From a virus (lineage: Duplodnaviria; Heunggongvirae; Uroviricota; Caudoviricetes), in IMG/VR virus record IMGVR_UViG_2671180984_000033: a stretch of 41,368 bases of DNA; one strand, written 5' to 3'. The translations under genes and the position numbers were made by a program. The notes beneath the pieces are model-generated. The model worked only from the letters and a program-made list of their open reading frames with translations, was not told the origin of the DNA and did no database searches. Shown piece after piece: positions 39,647-41,368 of the stretch. Position 1 is the first letter of the stretch. Each line of letters begins with the position of its first letter.

Positions 39647-40251
39647 TGAATAAAGCGGTATTAAATAACGAACTCATTGCTATAAAAGCGGGAGACATTA
39701 CCATTTATAATTATGATGGTGAAACGCGGGAATATATTTCCACATCAACTGAATATCTTGCTGTGGGTGTCGGTATCCCGGCATGTTCCTGTTTAGATGC
39801 TCCTGGCTCATATAAAGCTGGTTATGCAATCTGCCGTTCTGCAGATTTTAACTCATGGGAATATGTGCCAGACCATCGCGGTGAAGTTGTCTATAACACC
39901 GAAACGGGAGAATCAAAAGAAATCACAGCTCCGGGTGATTACCCTGAAAATACAACCACTATCGTCCCGTTAACGCCATACGATAAATGGGATGGTGAGA
40001 AATGGGTGACAGATACTGAGGCACAGCATAATGCCGCAGTAGACGCGGCAGAAGCACAGCGCCAGTCACTGATTGATGCAGCAATGGCTTCCATCAGTCT
40101 GATTCAGCTGAAATTACAGGCCAGACGTAAACTGACGCAGGCAGAAACAACCCGACTAAACGCTGTGCTGGATTACATTGACGCGGTGATGGCAACGGAT
40201 ACCAGCACCGCGCCGGTGGTTATCTGGCCAGTTCCTCCTGAGACGGTTTAA
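39646..40251 (+). CDS. Tail fibre assembly protein
   Basis: 201-aa ORF immediately after the fibre gene. Confidence 0.7.
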   Translation: MNKAVLNNELIAIKAGDITIYNYDGETREYISTSTEYLAVGVGIPACSCLDAPGSYKAGYAICRSADFNSWEYVPDHRGEVVYNTETGESKEITAPGDYPENTTTIVPLTPYDKWDGEKWVTDTEAQHNAAVDAAEAQRQSLIDAAMASISLIQLKLQARRKLTQAETTRLNAVLDYIDAVMATDTSTAPVVIWPVPPETV

Positions 40252-40441
40252 TCTCAATCAGAATGGGTTCGCCCTTCTCGTTAACAGATATTTCCATTCC
40301 TTCAGGGATTTCAGATGCAGTAAAAAACCAGTTATCTTCTGGTAATTCAACAGCCCCGGTCACGTCATGAAGACCGGGGATTACTTCAGTCAAAGTAACA
40401 GGATTAAACAGGCGCACAATAAACCCTCCAGGAAAAAGCAT
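40220..40441 (-). CDS. Alternative tail fibre assembly protein in inverted orientation (short)
   Basis: 73-aa minus-strand ORF downstream of the alternative fibre C-terminus, inside the invertible segment. Confidence 0.45.
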   Translation of the reverse strand: MLFPGGFIVRLFNPVTLTEVIPGLHDVTGAVELPEDNWFFTASEIPEGMEISVNEKGEPILIEIKPSQEELAR

Positions 40442-40787
40442 TTATTGATGGTGTTCCGTCGTACATCTGGCAGCGGACATAAAAACCGGTATTAGTGACC
40501 TGGTCATCCACGATCATTGAAACGTGAACGTTATTAGATGTGCCCCCATAATCCGTTCCTATTCTTTCCGCTATGCTGATAAAACGTGAAAGCTTAGGTA
40601 GCGCAATAGGATAAACGACTTTAGCCAGTCCATTATTATTAGAACCACCCGTCCCAAAGACTTCTATTGCACCATCTGACCAGCGTATCCATGCACCATT
40701 GGCATTAGCTCCTCGCTGAATGACATATCTGGCTTCTCCCAAACCAACGTTTATGAAAATGCAGAAATAACGAGCAAATGGCATCAT
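40404..40787 (-). CDS. Alternative tail fibre C-terminal variable segment (inverted, currently not fused)
   Basis: Minus-strand ORF carrying GLGE at the crossover-like site, matching ENLGLGE in the plus-strand fibre; residues upstream of the site are probably not a real N-terminus. Confidence 0.55.
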   Translation of the reverse strand: MMPFARYFCIFINVGLGEARYVIQRGANANGAWIRWSDGAIEVFGTGGSNNNGLAKVVYPIALPKLSRFISIAERIGTDYGGTSNNVHVSMIVDDQVTNTGFYVRCQMYDGTPSINAFSWRVYCAPV

Positions 40788-40813
40788 TCCTGCTTTTGTC
40801 AGGGAGATCTACC

Positions 40814-41368
40814 ATGCTTATTGGCTATGTACGTGTGTCAACAAATGACCAGAACACAGATCTACAACGTAATGCGCTGAACTGTGCAGGATGCGAGCTG
40901 ATTTTTGAAGACAAGATAAGCGGTACAAAGTCCGAAAGGCCGGGGCTGAAAAAACTGCTCAGGACATTATCGGCAGGTGACACTCTGGTTGTCTGGAAGC
41001 TGGATCGGCTGGGGCGTAGTATGCGGCATCTGGTCATTCTGGTTGAGGAGTTGCGCGAACGTGGCGTTAATTTTCGCAGCCTGACGGATGCTATTGATAC
41101 CAGCACACCGATGGGGCGTTTTTTCTTTCATGTGATGGGGGCCCTGGCTGAAATGGAACGAGAACTGATTGTTGAACGAACAAAAGCTGGACTGGAGGCT
41201 GCTCGCGCACAGGGACGAATTGGTGGACGTCGTCCCAAACTTACACCAGAACAATGGGCGCAGGCCGGGCGATTAATTGCATCAGGAGTTCCTCGCCTGA
41301 AGGTAGCGATCATCTATGATGTTGGCATATCGACTTTGTATAAGAGGTTTCCGGTGGGAGATAAATGA
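40814..41368 (+). CDS. Serine DNA invertase, Gin/Pin/Hin family
   Basis: MLIGYVRVSTNDQNTDLQRNAL...LVVWKLDRLGRSM...FRSLTD closely matches Gin/Pin as I recall them; ATG 40814 has an AGGGAG Shine-Dalgarno (track start 40778 is upstream in frame). Confidence 0.9.
   Translation: MLIGYVRVSTNDQNTDLQRNALNCAGCELIFEDKISGTKSERPGLKKLLRTLSAGDTLVVWKLDRLGRSMRHLVILVEELRERGVNFRSLTDAIDTSTPMGRFFFHVMGALAEMERELIVERTKAGLEAARAQGRIGGRRPKLTPEQWAQAGRLIASGVPRLKVAIIYDVGISTLYKRFPVGDK

Larger units (their letters stand above)
39123..40759. mobile_element. Invertible tail-fibre segment (G/P-segment-like) bounded by gix-like inverted repeats
   Basis: 26-bp imperfect inverted repeats at about 39123-39148 (CTCTCGAAAACCTTGGTTTAGGAGAA) and 40734-40759 (reverse complement TTTTCATAAACGTTGGTTTGGGAGAA); invertase gene adjacent. 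Confidence 0.6.

Overview
The window is almost entirely one temperate-phage genome (prophage), beginning next to a host ferredoxin gene (yfhL-like, 1-261) and running past the right edge. All calls rest on reading the ORF translations and the DNA by eye; no searches were run, and coordinates of motifs I counted myself may be off by 1-2 nt. Layout, left to right: integrase (+) and an AlpA-like excisionase; a leftward early operon with a replication module (SNF2-like helicase, VRR-NUC, family-A DNA polymerase, DUF2815-like SSB, DUF2800-like nuclease); a cI-type repressor divergent from a cro-like gene; a primase-like gene followed by a nested inverted-repeat array (putative origin); a Q-like antiterminator with downstream terminators; a lambda-type lysis cassette (holin, R endolysin, Rz with embedded Rz1); terminase, portal and head genes; a contractile-tail module (sheath, tube, chaperone with a -1 frameshift site, tape measure, baseplate); and a tail fibre with an invertible segment and a Gin/Pin-family invertase. 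No rRNA, tRNA or CRISPR array was seen. The most interesting material is the set of accessory insertions: a three-gene cassette inside the baseplate block (34151-35803), an AT-rich island with a membrane protein (3482-4084), a Cys-rich two-domain protein divergent from the polymerase (7115-7804), and a zinc-ribbon protein convergent with the repressor (11632-12201). All are candidate defence or exclusion genes of unknown function.
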